From contig CAVQMM010000001.1 in NCBI GenBank assembly GCA_963713615.1, positions 2,016,001-2,080,000 on the forward strand: a stretch of DNA of 64,000 nt. Direction: 5' to 3'. Made by a program: the position numbers and the translations under genes. This stretch comes from an uncultured Chlamydiae bacterium (GTDB lineage: Bacteria > Chlamydiota > Chlamydiia > Chlamydiales > JAJFMA01). The notes beneath the pieces were generated by a model. It did not search any database, was not told where the DNA came from, and saw only the letters and a list, made by a program, of their open reading frames with translations. Of the stretch, positions 1-9,882 are shown piece after piece (position 1 is the stretch's first letter; every line of letters starts with the position of its first letter).

Positions 1-524
1 ATAGAAGTGATGTCGTAACAGAGATAATCATCCTCTAACACTTTATTCATCCACTTGGTGAAAAAGGTTTGCTTCTTATCGATGCTAATGGCGCCAAGGA
101 TTTCGCTAATCCTCTGGCTGGTTAAGCACTCAACGGAAGGCACATGGTTCTTGCACCATGTCCCGCAATAGCTCAGAGGCCCTCCTTGAATGGCAAGATA
201 ATAGGCCATTGCCTGAATCTGTTGGTACTCCTGAGGGAAGCAAGACCTCAACAACTGTTTCAGGCCTAACTGCTCGGTAATAGCATCGAGCACGATCGAA
301 GGTCCCACAACTTCAGCAGATGCAGTGACCGCGGGATCTCGAATGACTGCCTGTTCAGGTTTAAGACGCTTGGAGGGAATGAACTCTCCGGTGACTGGAT
401 CGAGCTTACCCACACACACTTGCTTATTACGAGACTGTTTTTTCTCTTTATCCCAGAATGAGGTGTATTCGTATACGTAGGTAACGCCGGTAGTCTTGTT
501 TATATGGTTGACTCTGCATGGCAT
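1..524 (-). CDS. IS1634-family transposase, N-terminal part (runs off the window)
   Basis: Not in the ORF track. Manual translation from ATG at 524: MPCRVNHINKTTGVTYVYEYTSFWDKEKKQSRNKQVCVGKLDPVTG...LTSQRISE...DYLCYDITSI, which matches IS1634 N-terminal motifs (YVYE..WDKEK, SQRISE, YDITSI). Confidence 0.85.
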   Translation of the reverse strand, partial: MPCRVNHINKTTGVTYVYEYTSFWDKEKKQSRNKQVCVGKLDPVTGEFIPSKRLKPEQAVIRDPAVTASAEVVGPSIVLDAITEQLGLKQLLRSCFPQEYQQIQAMAYYLAIQGGPLSYCGTWCKNHVPSVECLTSQRISEILGAISIDKKQTFFTKWMNKVLEDDYLCYDITS

Positions 525-632
525 ACACTATTTCCTTCCTTAAATCGTTACAATTGTAACGATGAAAAATGAAAAAATCCAGCATAAAATGTGCGCAACA
601 GGCTTTTTTTTAGTGAATTACGACAGACCTAG
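1..632 (-). mobile_element. Left end of an IS1634-family element
   Basis: Transposase 5' end plus candidate terminal sequence CTAGGTCTGTCGTAATT (minus strand from about 632). The other end is outside the window, so the boundary is approximate. Confidence 0.6.
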
Positions 633-1088
633 TTACAATTTTCGCGGGAAATGAGGTGGTAAGGTACCGTCATCGAATATGCCTTGAAGGATCTTTGCAG
701 CAGCTTGGGGCTCATCTTGAAATAGCTCTAGGTGATCTGTGCTTGAAAGCGATTCTACAGCGACTTTTTGGGAGACAAAGATTGGAACATCTACAAAAAG
801 CACTGCAGATTTGTTCTTGCTGGGTTCGACGCACTCCTGAATAATTAACTCTTGATATGAAGGAACTGGAATACTGAAGAAGTTAAGCGGATCATAATAG
901 CGGCCTTGGACGAACTTTCCTTGGATGCGATTTAAATCTAAGGCACCTGTACTATCAAAATAACGCTCACCCTCCCAACAATCTTGTACAGACCTAGAGC
1001 AACTAGATGCGATGCCAACCAATGTTAAAATGGCTAACCCAAATCGGGCAGATTGATAGAAAATCCGTGTCATCGATGAAATAGGCAT
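633..1088 (-). pseudogene. Truncated lipoprotein paralog with an internal in-frame deletion
   Basis: Lipobox LVGIASSC. Homologous to 12172-13452, but YFDSTGA is joined directly to LDLNRIQG and the C-terminus diverges after GTLP next to the IS1634 end. Confidence 0.7.
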
Positions 1089-1628
1089 TGTTGCTCCTGT
1101 GTAAGCACTATGTCCAATTTTTGTGTCTGAAGAAAAATATGCTGTCTCATATGTGGCAGTTATTCCATGCATAGTGGAGACCTAGGAAAGGACCTTGAGG
1201 ACGCCAAGGACAAAAAGTGATAATCCCACCTTCTTTCAATCATGGATACCACCTCAACGACATCATCAATTACAGTCCTCATTGTCTTCATCGTCCTCAA
1301 GGTCCTTTCCTAAGCGTCCCATAGGGCTCAAACAGCCACGAAACATACCAACTTTCCTCGAGTGGCTGGAATCGTGAAAGAATGTAATAAAACGTTTTAT
1401 TTAATGGTAATATTTTTTTATCTTGGCGCGCGGCGCTTTGACTGGAGTGCATGTCGCTCTTAGGTGAACAAGGGACCAAAAAAGTATTTGGGCTCTCATG
1501 GATCGATTCTTTAAAAAAAAAATCACTTTTTTTTGTGAGAAGGCGATTCTGGAGAGCTTAAGTGGTATGGCACTATCCAGTCTGGAAAGACAGGCTTTTC
1601 TCCCTTCCCAGGCCCGAAGGGTCGATAT
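1086..1628. repeat. Direct repeat copy 1 (~540 bp), near-identical to 2828-3371
   Basis: Read side by side: near identity from CATTGTTGCTCC to GGGTCGATAT. Contains a REP-like palindrome, an RHS 5'-end remnant and half a MITE-A. Confidence 0.9.
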
Positions 1629-1629
1629 C

Positions 1630-1920
1630 ACGCACGCTCACAGGAGGGACACCGAAAGCTATCTTTCAAAGTGTTCCCATGATAGTCGTTCTCAGTTACT
1701 ATTTACCACTCACAACGTGTTATTGATGGATCAGGATCTGTTGCGCCGAGATGAAATGTGGATTGCAGAACGAAATGCAGAAGGGATTTCCAGTTTGCTG
1801 TCTTTCAGCGAATACAAAGATGTGCGATATGACAAAGACATTCGAAAGAGCTATCTTCAAGGACGTCTAGGAGGCATTCCCCGCATTCTTCTACAATCTC
1901 CCATTGAAGGAAGCGACTAA
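1630..1920 (+). pseudogene. C-terminal fragment of an AAA_21/RloA-AbiEii-like ATPase
   Basis: [24 protein letters not shown]...[10 protein letters not shown] motif. The ORF's apparent N-terminus (1498-1628) is MITE sequence; no Walker A. Confidence 0.7.
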
Positions 1921-1942
1921 TGCTGAAAAAGCTGCGCACTTT

Positions 1943-2830
1943 TCATGACTCCATACTTGAAAACAATTCTACATCGACTTTTTGGGAGACAAAGCATGGA
2001 ACATCTACAAAGAGCACTGAAGACTTGTTCTTGTTGGGTTCAACCCTCTCCTGAATAAATAGCTCTTGAAATGAAGGAACTGGAATGCTGAAGAAGTTAA
2101 GCGGATCATAATAACGGTCTTGGACGAACTTTCCTTGGATGCGATTTAAATCTATCGTGCAAGACTCATTTCTATAGCTCATCCAAATCTTGGAAACCGT
2201 CTGTCGCAAGGTCTCTATCTTGTCATTAAGTGACGAGGAAAATGGGTTGTTTACGCTCGTAACCACCAGATGGCTATTATTGAAGAATAAGAGCCAAGCT
2301 ACATAATCATCTTGCTCTTGCCATCCCGAATTTCGGTCTTGACCTAGGCAAGGGGCCGTGCAAGTATCTCCTTGCCGTATTTTGAAAATGAGAAAAAAAC
2401 TGGTCATTGCTGATTCTTGAAGAATCTCTTCGTGGATTATTTCCGGGTGTAGGCATTTGAAGTCCGGAAAGATTTGCTCGTAAAACACTTTACGTAAGAT
2501 GTCAGCTTGTACCTCAGGGGGTTGCTGACTGAGATTTAAAGCCGCAATATTTGAAAGGTCCCTTACACAAACATTGGTTTGTGTACCAATAGTTGCGGGA
2601 AAGACAACCATTGTTCCCACATAATCAGGTAGCAGTTCTTCCCATGTGTTGTTGTGATCACATCCATCGATGACTAAGCTAAAGGTGCCTGTGCTATCAA
2701 AATAGCGTTCACCCTCCCAACAACCTTGCACAGACCTAGAACAACTAGACGCAAGGCCAACCAACATGAGAACGGCTAATCCAAATCTGGCGTACTGATA
2801 CAAAAGCCGTGTCATCGATGAACTATTCAT
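1943..2830 (-). pseudogene. Lipoprotein paralog, C-terminally truncated
   Basis: Lipobox LVGLASSC. Colinear with 12172-13452 up to VDVELFSS, then stops (MES*). Confidence 0.7.
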
Positions 2831-3371
2831 TGTTGCTCCTGTGTAAGCACTATGTCCAATTTTTGTGTCTGAAGAAAAATATGCTGTCTCATGTGTGGCA
2901 GTTATTCCATGCATAGTGGAGACCTAGGAAAGGACCTTGAGGACGCCAAGGACAAAAAGTGATAATCCCACCTTCTTTCAATCATGGATACCACCTCAAC
3001 GACATCATCAATTACAGTCCTCATTGTCTTCATCGTCCTCAAGGTCCTTTCCTAAGCATCCCATAGGGCTCAAACAGCCACGAAACATACCAACTTTCCT
3101 CGAGTGGCTGGAATCGTGAAAGAATGTAATAAAACGTTTTATTTAATGGTAATATTTTTTTATCTTGGCGCGCGGCGCTTTGACTGGAGTGCATGTCGCT
3201 CTTAGGTGAACAAGGGACCAAAAAAAGTATTTGGGCTCTCATGGATCGATTCTTTGAAAAAAAAATCACTTTTTTTTGTGAGAAGGCGATTCTGGAGAGC
3301 TTAAGTGGTATGGCACTATCCAGTCTGGAAAGACAGGCTTTTCTCCCTTCCCAGGCCCGAAGGGTCGATAT
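2828..3371. repeat. Direct repeat copy 2 (~540 bp)
   Basis: Near-identical to 1086-1628. Confidence 0.9.
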
Positions 3372-3643
3372 TGCAACAGGCCATGGCATCGCCATGGTAT
3401 ATGCCAAAACGGTTTTAGCAGCCTGTAGGGCTGCCATAAAGCGCATGCATAAATGGTGTTTGTAAACTGGCGTCTTGTAGCAGTCCTTCAGACTGCGAAA
3501 TCCCTTCCTGGCATATACCATGGCGATGCCATGGCCTGTTGCAATATCGACCCTTCGGGCCTGGGAAGGGAATGACACTCTCTTCACCGGCATCCGATTT
3601 TCAGGAAATTGACTTCGGAAAATCGGACTTCTGCAATTACCTC
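3215..3643. mobile_element. MITE-A / REPIN-like element with perfect 62-bp inverted arms (left end degenerate)
   Basis: Arms 3345-3406 and 3509-3570 are exact reverse complements. Right end TGCAATTACCTC is shared with the copies at 39833-40264 and 43426-45943. Confidence 0.85.
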
Positions 3644-3734
3644 CTATGGACAGAAATGGACTCAAGTTTTTTTTCATCAAACAGCACAGAATAAAACTCA
3701 AAATCGCCTCCAAAGTATTTCCGATTCTAGATAT

Positions 3735-4406
3735 TCAAAATCCGCGCTGTCCCCACCTCTTCCAACCTCTTCTTGATTTGCGGATAGGTTCAGGTGATGC
3801 ACAGACAGATGATTGCGATCGTGGTGTATCTGCACCACAGCATGAACAGCCCTTCGTATTATCTAAAGCTGAGTCTTCGTCTTGTATGATCTGCCACGCT
3901 TCTTCATAGATTTCTTCTATTTGAGTCAAACGCCTAGAGGAATCGTAGATGTGATATTCTAATTTTCCGTCCATAATTTGTGCTGAACTGATGTGTGGTT
4001 CACAAACATCTCGCCCATTCCTATCAATAACGAACAATATAATCTCTACTTGCTCAACGCCAAATGGTGGACGATACAAAAAAGATTCAATAGCCGGATT
4101 ATCATAAGCCACCTGTATCATTTCATGCGTACAGCTAATCAACAAACGTCGAATATACTCTTTAGGCTGAGGCCCCTTCACTTGAAGAGAGAGACAAACA
4201 AGACGAATTGGACCACCGGGCATCGAGAGCCCTGTTCCGATACAGGATACTTTATATTTCGCCTCGATCCTTTTAATTGAGTTTCTAATGACTGCACAAG
4301 CTTGCTCGGTTGACTGTTCCACTTTCGCCCAAGGCCATTGAATAAATTCCGCTTTCAGTGAAATATTGAAACAAAATAGCATTAAAAACAGCCATCGAAT
4401 AATCAT
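3735..4406 (-). CDS. Exported protein, candidate immunity protein (paralog of 13910-14581)
   Basis: Signal-peptide-like N-terminus; same 223-aa length and shared motifs (EFIQWPWAK, GTGLSMPGGPIRLVCLS). ATGA overlap with the stop of the orphan RHS tip. Confidence 0.75.
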   Translation of the reverse strand: MIIRWLFLMLFCFNISLKAEFIQWPWAKVEQSTEQACAVIRNSIKRIEAKYKVSCIGTGLSMPGGPIRLVCLSLQVKGPQPKEYIRRLLISCTHEMIQVAYDNPAIESFLYRPPFGVEQVEIILFVIDRNGRDVCEPHISSAQIMDGKLEYHIYDSSRRLTQIEEIYEEAWQIIQDEDSALDNTKGCSCCGADTPRSQSSVCASPEPIRKSRRGWKRWGQRGF

Positions 4407-4508
4407 ATTCTTTCTCCACCACTTGTTCTATATGTAGCTGTATGACGTTCTATAACACGATCCCACGTTTTACTTTGAACGGTATGATCAAACCATGAGG
4501 CTTCCGCG

Positions 4509-5747
4509 CAGGGAAATTGCATGAAGAATTTAGTTTACGCCAAGCAACCCCAATAAGTAGCCACGGTTCCACCCTGCTTTCGAACGGCGATTTTTAATCC
4601 CTGCCTTTGTCTTTTTATCTGCCTTTAAAATATTTAGCGTGGCCCGTCGAAGCACGGAAAAATTTTCCGCCCCATTATCTTTTCTTACTTTGCATCCATC
4701 CTCTGCATAGGATACATCTAGCTGCCAGTGCAACTGGTTCTCAATTGTCCAATGAGAGCGTATCGCATGGGCCATTTTCCTCGCATCGGACGAGAGGCTG
4801 GATATGTAAAACCGTGTTTCTGTTGAAGTTACACCCTTAATTGTTCTTGTACTCCTAACTGCGGCAAGACTCCTTAAACCTGTCCATTCTGTTTTTTGTG
4901 GTAGCCACTCAAGATCTTCACATACCCAAACTTCTCGTTTCTCAACTCGTCCTCGCGACTTTTCTTCGCTCACAAAAAAGTCACAACCACTGGCTTCCGG
5001 TAGACCTTCAACCACTTGCTCAAAAAAGTTTTGAGCCTCAGCATGTAGATGTCCTTGATTCCCTTTTAGACCTATCACGTAGTCTCCTCCTTGCTCCACG
5101 ATCTGCTTAACAAGTGGCCTATGACATCCTCCGGCATCCACTGTAATTGTAGCACCCCTAATATCGAGCATGGCAAGAAGCAAGGGAAAAGCAGTGATTT
5201 CATTGGATTTTAGCTCTGTTGCAAGCTGCCCTAGAACAAGTTGATTTTCCGCTGAAAATGCACTCACGATATGAATGGCTCTTACATCATTTGTCGTATC
5301 GGAAGAGTTGCATAAGGTTTTGCCGTCCAAAGCGATGATGCCACCTATCGTTTTGGCAATATGCTGAGTCCAGTTAATAAAACACCGCTCAAACGCCTGT
5401 GGGTTGACAAAGCGGAAAAAGCGCGAGAAAGTGTCATGCGAAGGGACACCATCAGAACACATTTGAAGCTCGTGTAACCATTCAAGATTAGACTCAGACC
5501 ATAAGCTAACCTCTACCCAATCATCAGCCCCGCAAAGTATAGCGAGGATGGCGATCGATACGATCTCGGAGACACTGTAGGCCTGGTTTCTTGCCTTACG
5601 AGGATCTGGTAGGATTGAAAACGCGAGCATGATAGAAGTTTCTCTGACTGCATGTTGTTGTGACATTATACATCTCCCTGATGAAAAGGAGAAGTAGTCG
5701 CAACAATTTGAAAAATAGTCAAATCATTTCTTCATGCAATTTCCCTG
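4509..5747 (-). mobile_element. ISAs1-family (H-repeat) insertion sequence, complete
   Basis: 20-bp perfect terminal inverted repeats CAGGGAAATTGCATGAAGAA; 10-bp target duplication GGCTTCCGCG at 4499-4508 and 5748-5757. Confidence 0.95.
4530..5666 (-). CDS. ISAs1-family transposase
   Basis: LPDPR, PSHDTFSR, IALDGK, KSNEI, ITVDA, LKGNQ, RSHWTIENQLHWQLDV motifs; 378 aa. Confidence 0.95.
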   Translation of the reverse strand: MSQQHAVRETSIMLAFSILPDPRKARNQAYSVSEIVSIAILAILCGADDWVEVSLWSESNLEWLHELQMCSDGVPSHDTFSRFFRFVNPQAFERCFINWTQHIAKTIGGIIALDGKTLCNSSDTTNDVRAIHIVSAFSAENQLVLGQLATELKSNEITAFPLLLAMLDIRGATITVDAGGCHRPLVKQIVEQGGDYVIGLKGNQGHLHAEAQNFFEQVVEGLPEASGCDFFVSEEKSRGRVEKREVWVCEDLEWLPQKTEWTGLRSLAAVRSTRTIKGVTSTETRFYISSLSSDARKMAHAIRSHWTIENQLHWQLDVSYAEDGCKVRKDNGAENFSVLRRATLNILKADKKTKAGIKNRRSKAGWNRGYLLGLLGVN

Positions 5748-6250
5748 GGCTTCCGCGTGGGAATCAACATCCACTATTGTGTCTCTTGCTAACCGTGCAC
5801 CTTTTCGATCTATATAAGGGATTGGATCTCGCAAAGGATTTTTGTTCCGATAGTGGTAAACCTGACGACAAGTTCCTGGAACAATATAAGCCGCAGGCGC
5901 GATGGCTAGAACCAAGATTTGCTGACGTTTTTCCTCTGAGTAGGTTAGCAGTGCATTGCGCACATGTATAGTTCCTTGACTCGTACACACTTCTAGAAAG
6001 GTTCCTCCATCTGCCAATGCTCTATCCCATTTTTCATGAAGTCGCTTCACCGGATCTGTTGTTACGCCCCATAATCCCATCACACACTCTATTAAATCCA
6101 CAACAATGCCATGCGTCTCGTTGCAAGTGCCACGTACGTTTACTCCACCTGCAAGATCACGCACATGCTTAGAATGCTCCTTCGAATCCGCTCCGTTGTT
6201 TTTTATGCCATTGGTAAAGCCAATGCCTCCACCCTCAGGGGTACCCTAAA

Positions 6251-6448
6251 TCATAGTTTTGTGAAGGAGGATACCAGGGTTGGGTCTTTATTCAAATAAT
6301 GCTTTCCTCGAGCCACAATTCGCCAGCCTTTATCTCTCAAGACCTCTCTTGAATAAGACCTAAAGACAGGCTCGTTCCATGTCGCAGCAAATGCATCTCC
6401 GGAACTAATCGCAAAAAATACCAGAAAAAATAAGTTTTTCCATTCCAC
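6251..6448 (-). pseudogene. N-terminal remnant of an exported protein (probable immunity gene of the 6448-6852 tip)
   Basis: Signal peptide MEWKNLFFLVFFAISSGDAFA; start overlaps the upstream stop; the 3' end runs into RHS-tip-homologous DNA at about 6290. Confidence 0.55.
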
Positions 6449-6852
6449 TATAAACCTCTCCTCCGCCGATCTGAAATGTTTTTTTCTACGACTGAGAGTG
6501 AATTTTGATATTCATCTTGTTGACGCTCATGGGCAGCAAAGGGATTACCGAAGGCCGAGCCGACCCATTGAACGTCGTTGGTAATACCAAACCTTGCTGA
6601 CCAATAGTTAAATGAGTCTGCAATAGCTGTTACTGGGTCTCTCCTATCTACGATATTGGTGACCGATCCCAATTTGGGATTACTGATGATTTTGGCCGAA
6701 CCTAACGTTATAGCATCAATTCTCTTAAGTTGAGAAGCGGTCGTTCGGCTGGGATGATCAATGCCCTTAAGCGCTCGATCAAGAATTAAGCCGCCTTGAC
6801 TATGTGCCTCGGTAAAAATATGCCCTCCTGCTCCTGCTGTTCCAAGAGCCAT
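6448..6852 (-). pseudogene. Second orphan alpha/beta-hydrolase tip (lipase-like), 5'-truncated
   Basis: AHSQG nucleophile elbow, RDPV Asp, AAHE His; same motif order as the RHS tip (CTSQG, RDPIP, FDH). Confidence 0.65.
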
Positions 6853-6916
6853 GCTAATCGCGTCTTCGGATGCCTGCGATTGCAGACGTGACGTGGCTTG
6901 ATTTCTATCAAAGCTA

Positions 6917-6946
6917 TTGACCGGCGGTCGGTCGATATTGTATGAT
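6917..6946 (+). promoter_or_regulatory. Sigma70-type promoter with overlapping TetR-type operator
   Basis: TTGACC-N18-TATGAT with imperfect palindrome GACCGGCGGTCGGTC, 24 bp upstream of the TetR start. Confidence 0.6.
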
Positions 6947-6970
6947 GACGTCTCTTAAACAAGGAGCGTT

Positions 6971-7609
6971 ATGGTCAGAGTGGTAAAAAAGCCAGAGGAA
7001 CGGCGGCGTGAGATCGTATCAGCGAGTCGGGATCTATTTCTCAAGCAAGACTATGAGAATACGACGATGCAGGATATCATGACACAGCTGCAGATCGCTA
7101 AGGGGACTGCCTACCACTACTTCAAATCCAAAGAGGAGTTGTTGGAAGCTGTCGTTGAAGACATGGTGGCTGAATACATAGCCGAGGTGGAGAAGGCATT
7201 GAACGAACAATGCAAAGGCAACGCTCTCGATAAAATGCGAGTGTTGATTGTTCTAGGGAGAGTTTCCCCTCGCCAAAAGGACACAATGTATAAGCTGCAT
7301 CGTCCAGGCAACATGGGAATGCATGTGCGCTTCTTGGCCGTCACTCTGTCCAGGTTGGCGCCGCTGTACGCTCGTGTGATCTCTCAGGGATGTGAGGAAG
7401 GACTTTTTCGCACAGAGCATCCTCTGGAGTGCGCGGAAATTTTGTTAGCGGGTATTCAATTTGTTACGGATATCGGTTGCTACCCTTGGAGTCAGCAAGA
7501 TCTGGAGCGTCGCGCCCGAGCCCTACCTGCGTTGATAGAAAATCAGTTGCATGCGCCAAAAGATGCGTTTAGTTTTTTGCTCGAGCAATTTAACCGTGAA
7601 GTGGCATAG
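6971..7609 (+). CDS. TetR/AcrR-family transcriptional regulator
   Basis: N-terminal HTH TTMQDI...IAKGTAYHYFKSKEEL. Confidence 0.93.
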   Translation: MVRVVKKPEERRREIVSASRDLFLKQDYENTTMQDIMTQLQIAKGTAYHYFKSKEELLEAVVEDMVAEYIAEVEKALNEQCKGNALDKMRVLIVLGRVSPRQKDTMYKLHRPGNMGMHVRFLAVTLSRLAPLYARVISQGCEEGLFRTEHPLECAEILLAGIQFVTDIGCYPWSQQDLERRARALPALIENQLHAPKDAFSFLLEQFNREVA

Positions 7610-7621
7610 CGCGAAATTTTT

Positions 7622-8467
7622 TTGAGGTTTGTCATGCCCCCAGCTTATGTCTACCATCCGGTGTGGTTCTATCTTATCACAATTTTAATAACGTTGGCTC
7701 TTGCCCCTATTGCTGCCTATTTGAGCAATCAAAAGGGAATGGAAAAGTTTCAGTTGCCTCTTCTGCTTTTTGGTTTATGTGTGCCATGCATTACTGCAGT
7801 GGCCATGATCTATGCGTCATCTAATGAGATACTCATTAAGGACTTTTGGGAGAGACTGCTGCTTTTCAACATCAGCCCTACCTACCTCATGGTGATCCTG
7901 TTACTCATGCCGTGCGCTATTTTCTCGGCTACTGGGCTATCATTATTTTTTGGCTATTCCACCGATCAGTTTTCAATCACCAATGAGTTCAGCGTCATGA
8001 AGGGATGGGCTATTCTCGGCATAGCCATTCCGCTGTTATTGGCGCCCATCATTGAAGAGCTCGGCTGGCGAGGATATGGTGTGGATAGCCTCAGAGCCTA
8101 TTTTAATTTATTTACAACGTCAGTCTTGTTTGGTGTTCTTTGGGCAGTGTGGCATCTGCCTGCATTCTTCATTAAGGGCTATTATCAGAATCAACTTTGG
8201 CATCTAGGGATAATCTATGTTATTAATTTTTTTATAAGTGTTTTACCCATTGCCATCTTGATGAATTGGATCTATTACAAGACTGGACGCAGCATTCCTG
8301 CCGTGATTCTATTTCATTCGGTTCTCAACCTCTCCTCTATGCTATTCAAGACAGAACATTTTACGAAGTGCATTGTGACGGTTCTCTTATGTATCGCTTC
8401 AACTATCCTCGTGGTTTATGACAGTGACTTTTTCTTTACCGCCGCAATACCCATGATACAGAACTAG
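7622..8467 (+). CDS. CPBP/CAAX (Abi) intramembrane metalloprotease
   Basis: EELGWRG, WAVWHLP and FHSVLN motifs; multiple transmembrane segments. Confidence 0.92.
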   Translation: MRFVMPPAYVYHPVWFYLITILITLALAPIAAYLSNQKGMEKFQLPLLLFGLCVPCITAVAMIYASSNEILIKDFWERLLLFNISPTYLMVILLLMPCAIFSATGLSLFFGYSTDQFSITNEFSVMKGWAILGIAIPLLLAPIIEELGWRGYGVDSLRAYFNLFTTSVLFGVLWAVWHLPAFFIKGYYQNQLWHLGIIYVINFFISVLPIAILMNWIYYKTGRSIPAVILFHSVLNLSSMLFKTEHFTKCIVTVLLCIASTILVVYDSDFFFTAAIPMIQN

Positions 8468-8477
8468 GACATATACC

Positions 8478-9584
8478 TTGCATCAACTAATAAAATTTGA
8501 GCTCGATCGTCTGCAGAGCCAGTATGGCTTTCCAGGTGTAACAGTCGCATATGTATTGTCAGACGGGACCATAGGCGAGGTTGCTAGTGGACTCGCAGAC
8601 ATTGAAACCAGAGAACCCATGACCACCAAGTCTCGCATGCTTGCTGCCAGCATTGGAAAAACCTTCGTTGCCGCGACCGTTCTCGCTCTTGCCAAAGAAG
8701 GTCGCCTGAACCTGAATGACCTGCTTTCACATAGGCTGAGTGACTGTAGTTGGTATTCTCGTTTGCCGAATCATGAAACAATAACGCTTCGACACCTACT
8801 GACACATAGTTCAGGAATATCCGACCATGTTTACACAACGAGATTTCTGCAATTGCTTTCTCACAAAGGGTTGCATGCCGACAGTCATTTTACTCCTGAA
8901 TCACTGGTAGAGAGCATTTTAGATAAGGCTCCGCTATTTGAAGCCGGTGAGGGTTGGGCATACACGGACACCGGATACATTCTGTTAGGCCTCGTCATTG
9001 AGGCAGTCACAGGAAACAGTTACAATGAAGAAGTAAAGCGGCGGTTTCTGAAGCCGCTCAAGCTGGACATGACGAGTCCATCCGATCGACCGGCACTTCC
9101 AGGCTTGGTAGCAGGCTATACTGCTAAAGACAATGTGTTCGGCTTGCCTAGAAAAACCATTGATGAATCGGGAATAATGGTCTGGAATCCTGTTGTAGAA
9201 TGGACTGGAGGAGGCTTGATCAGCATCTCCCGCGATCTCGCTCTATGGGCGAAACTCCTATATGAAGGCTACGCCATGCAGGCCGATTACTTAACCGATC
9301 TGTTACAGTCGGTACCAGCAGGTGATGAGGAGTCCGGAGTTCGGTACGGTATGGGCGTTGTCATAAAGCAAACGGATTTTCTAGGTGAAATGTGGGGGCA
9401 TATCGGCGTTATTCCAGGATATAGCTCTAGCATGCGTTATTATCTGAAATATGGCGTCGCTGTTGCCTTTCAAATTAATACCGATATTGGCGTCTCAGAC
9501 TTTGTCAGCGACATGGAACAATGCCTGGCGGAAATCGTCATTAGAAGAGCCACGTTAATGAAGGAAATTTATGATTACATGTAA
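8478..9584 (+). CDS. Serine hydrolase, beta-lactamase/PBP class C-like
   Basis: SxxK (ASIGK), LLTHSSG, YTD and WGHIG motifs. Confidence 0.88.
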   Translation: MHQLIKFELDRLQSQYGFPGVTVAYVLSDGTIGEVASGLADIETREPMTTKSRMLAASIGKTFVAATVLALAKEGRLNLNDLLSHRLSDCSWYSRLPNHETITLRHLLTHSSGISDHVYTTRFLQLLSHKGLHADSHFTPESLVESILDKAPLFEAGEGWAYTDTGYILLGLVIEAVTGNSYNEEVKRRFLKPLKLDMTSPSDRPALPGLVAGYTAKDNVFGLPRKTIDESGIMVWNPVVEWTGGGLISISRDLALWAKLLYEGYAMQADYLTDLLQSVPAGDEESGVRYGMGVVIKQTDFLGEMWGHIGVIPGYSSSMRYYLKYGVAVAFQINTDIGVSDFVSDMEQCLAEIVIRRATLMKEIYDYM

Positions 9585-9619
9585 AAGGCAAGGGGGAAGA
9601 AAGTCTTTCTTCATAGCGA

Positions 9620-9818
9620 AGACTCCCTAGTCGCGTACCCAACGGTTGAGCCTTTGGTGAGGACTTAGTGCACACAGAAGGTGTCCTGGTCATGCCTGGG
9701 TCCGTATTCGACCTTCCCGGTAACTTTATTCGAATTGGGTTTGGAAAAAGGAATATGCCCGAAATTTTGAAACGCTTTGAATCGTACCTCCATAACCAAG
9801 GGCAGCGTTATGCTTAAT
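9620..9818 (+). pseudogene. C-terminal remnant of a PLP-dependent class I/II aminotransferase
   Basis: Manual translation EGVLVMPGSVFDLPGNFIRIGFGKRNMPEILKRFESYL; no upstream body. Confidence 0.55.
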
Positions 9819-9882
9819 CTCCTCGGCCAAGCAACACAGGTTCTTCAGGCTTCTATAACAACTGTAGACGGAAGGAAACTGG

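Larger units (their letters stand above)
4403..6290 (-). pseudogene. Orphan copy of the RHS C-terminal hydrolase tip, split by ISAs1
   Basis: 5748-6290 aligns with RHS ~14675-15220, with a 5-bp deletion near 6240. Removing the IS restores ...DSHAEASWFDHTVQSKTWDRVIERHTATYRTSGGERI*. Confidence 0.85.

Noticed and set aside
3039..3713. ORFs 3039-3713(-), 3193-3465(+), 1401-1631(-) and 1195-1377(+)
   Set aside because: They lie within MITE-A or the duplicated repeat; the same peptides recur at other repeat copies on either strand.
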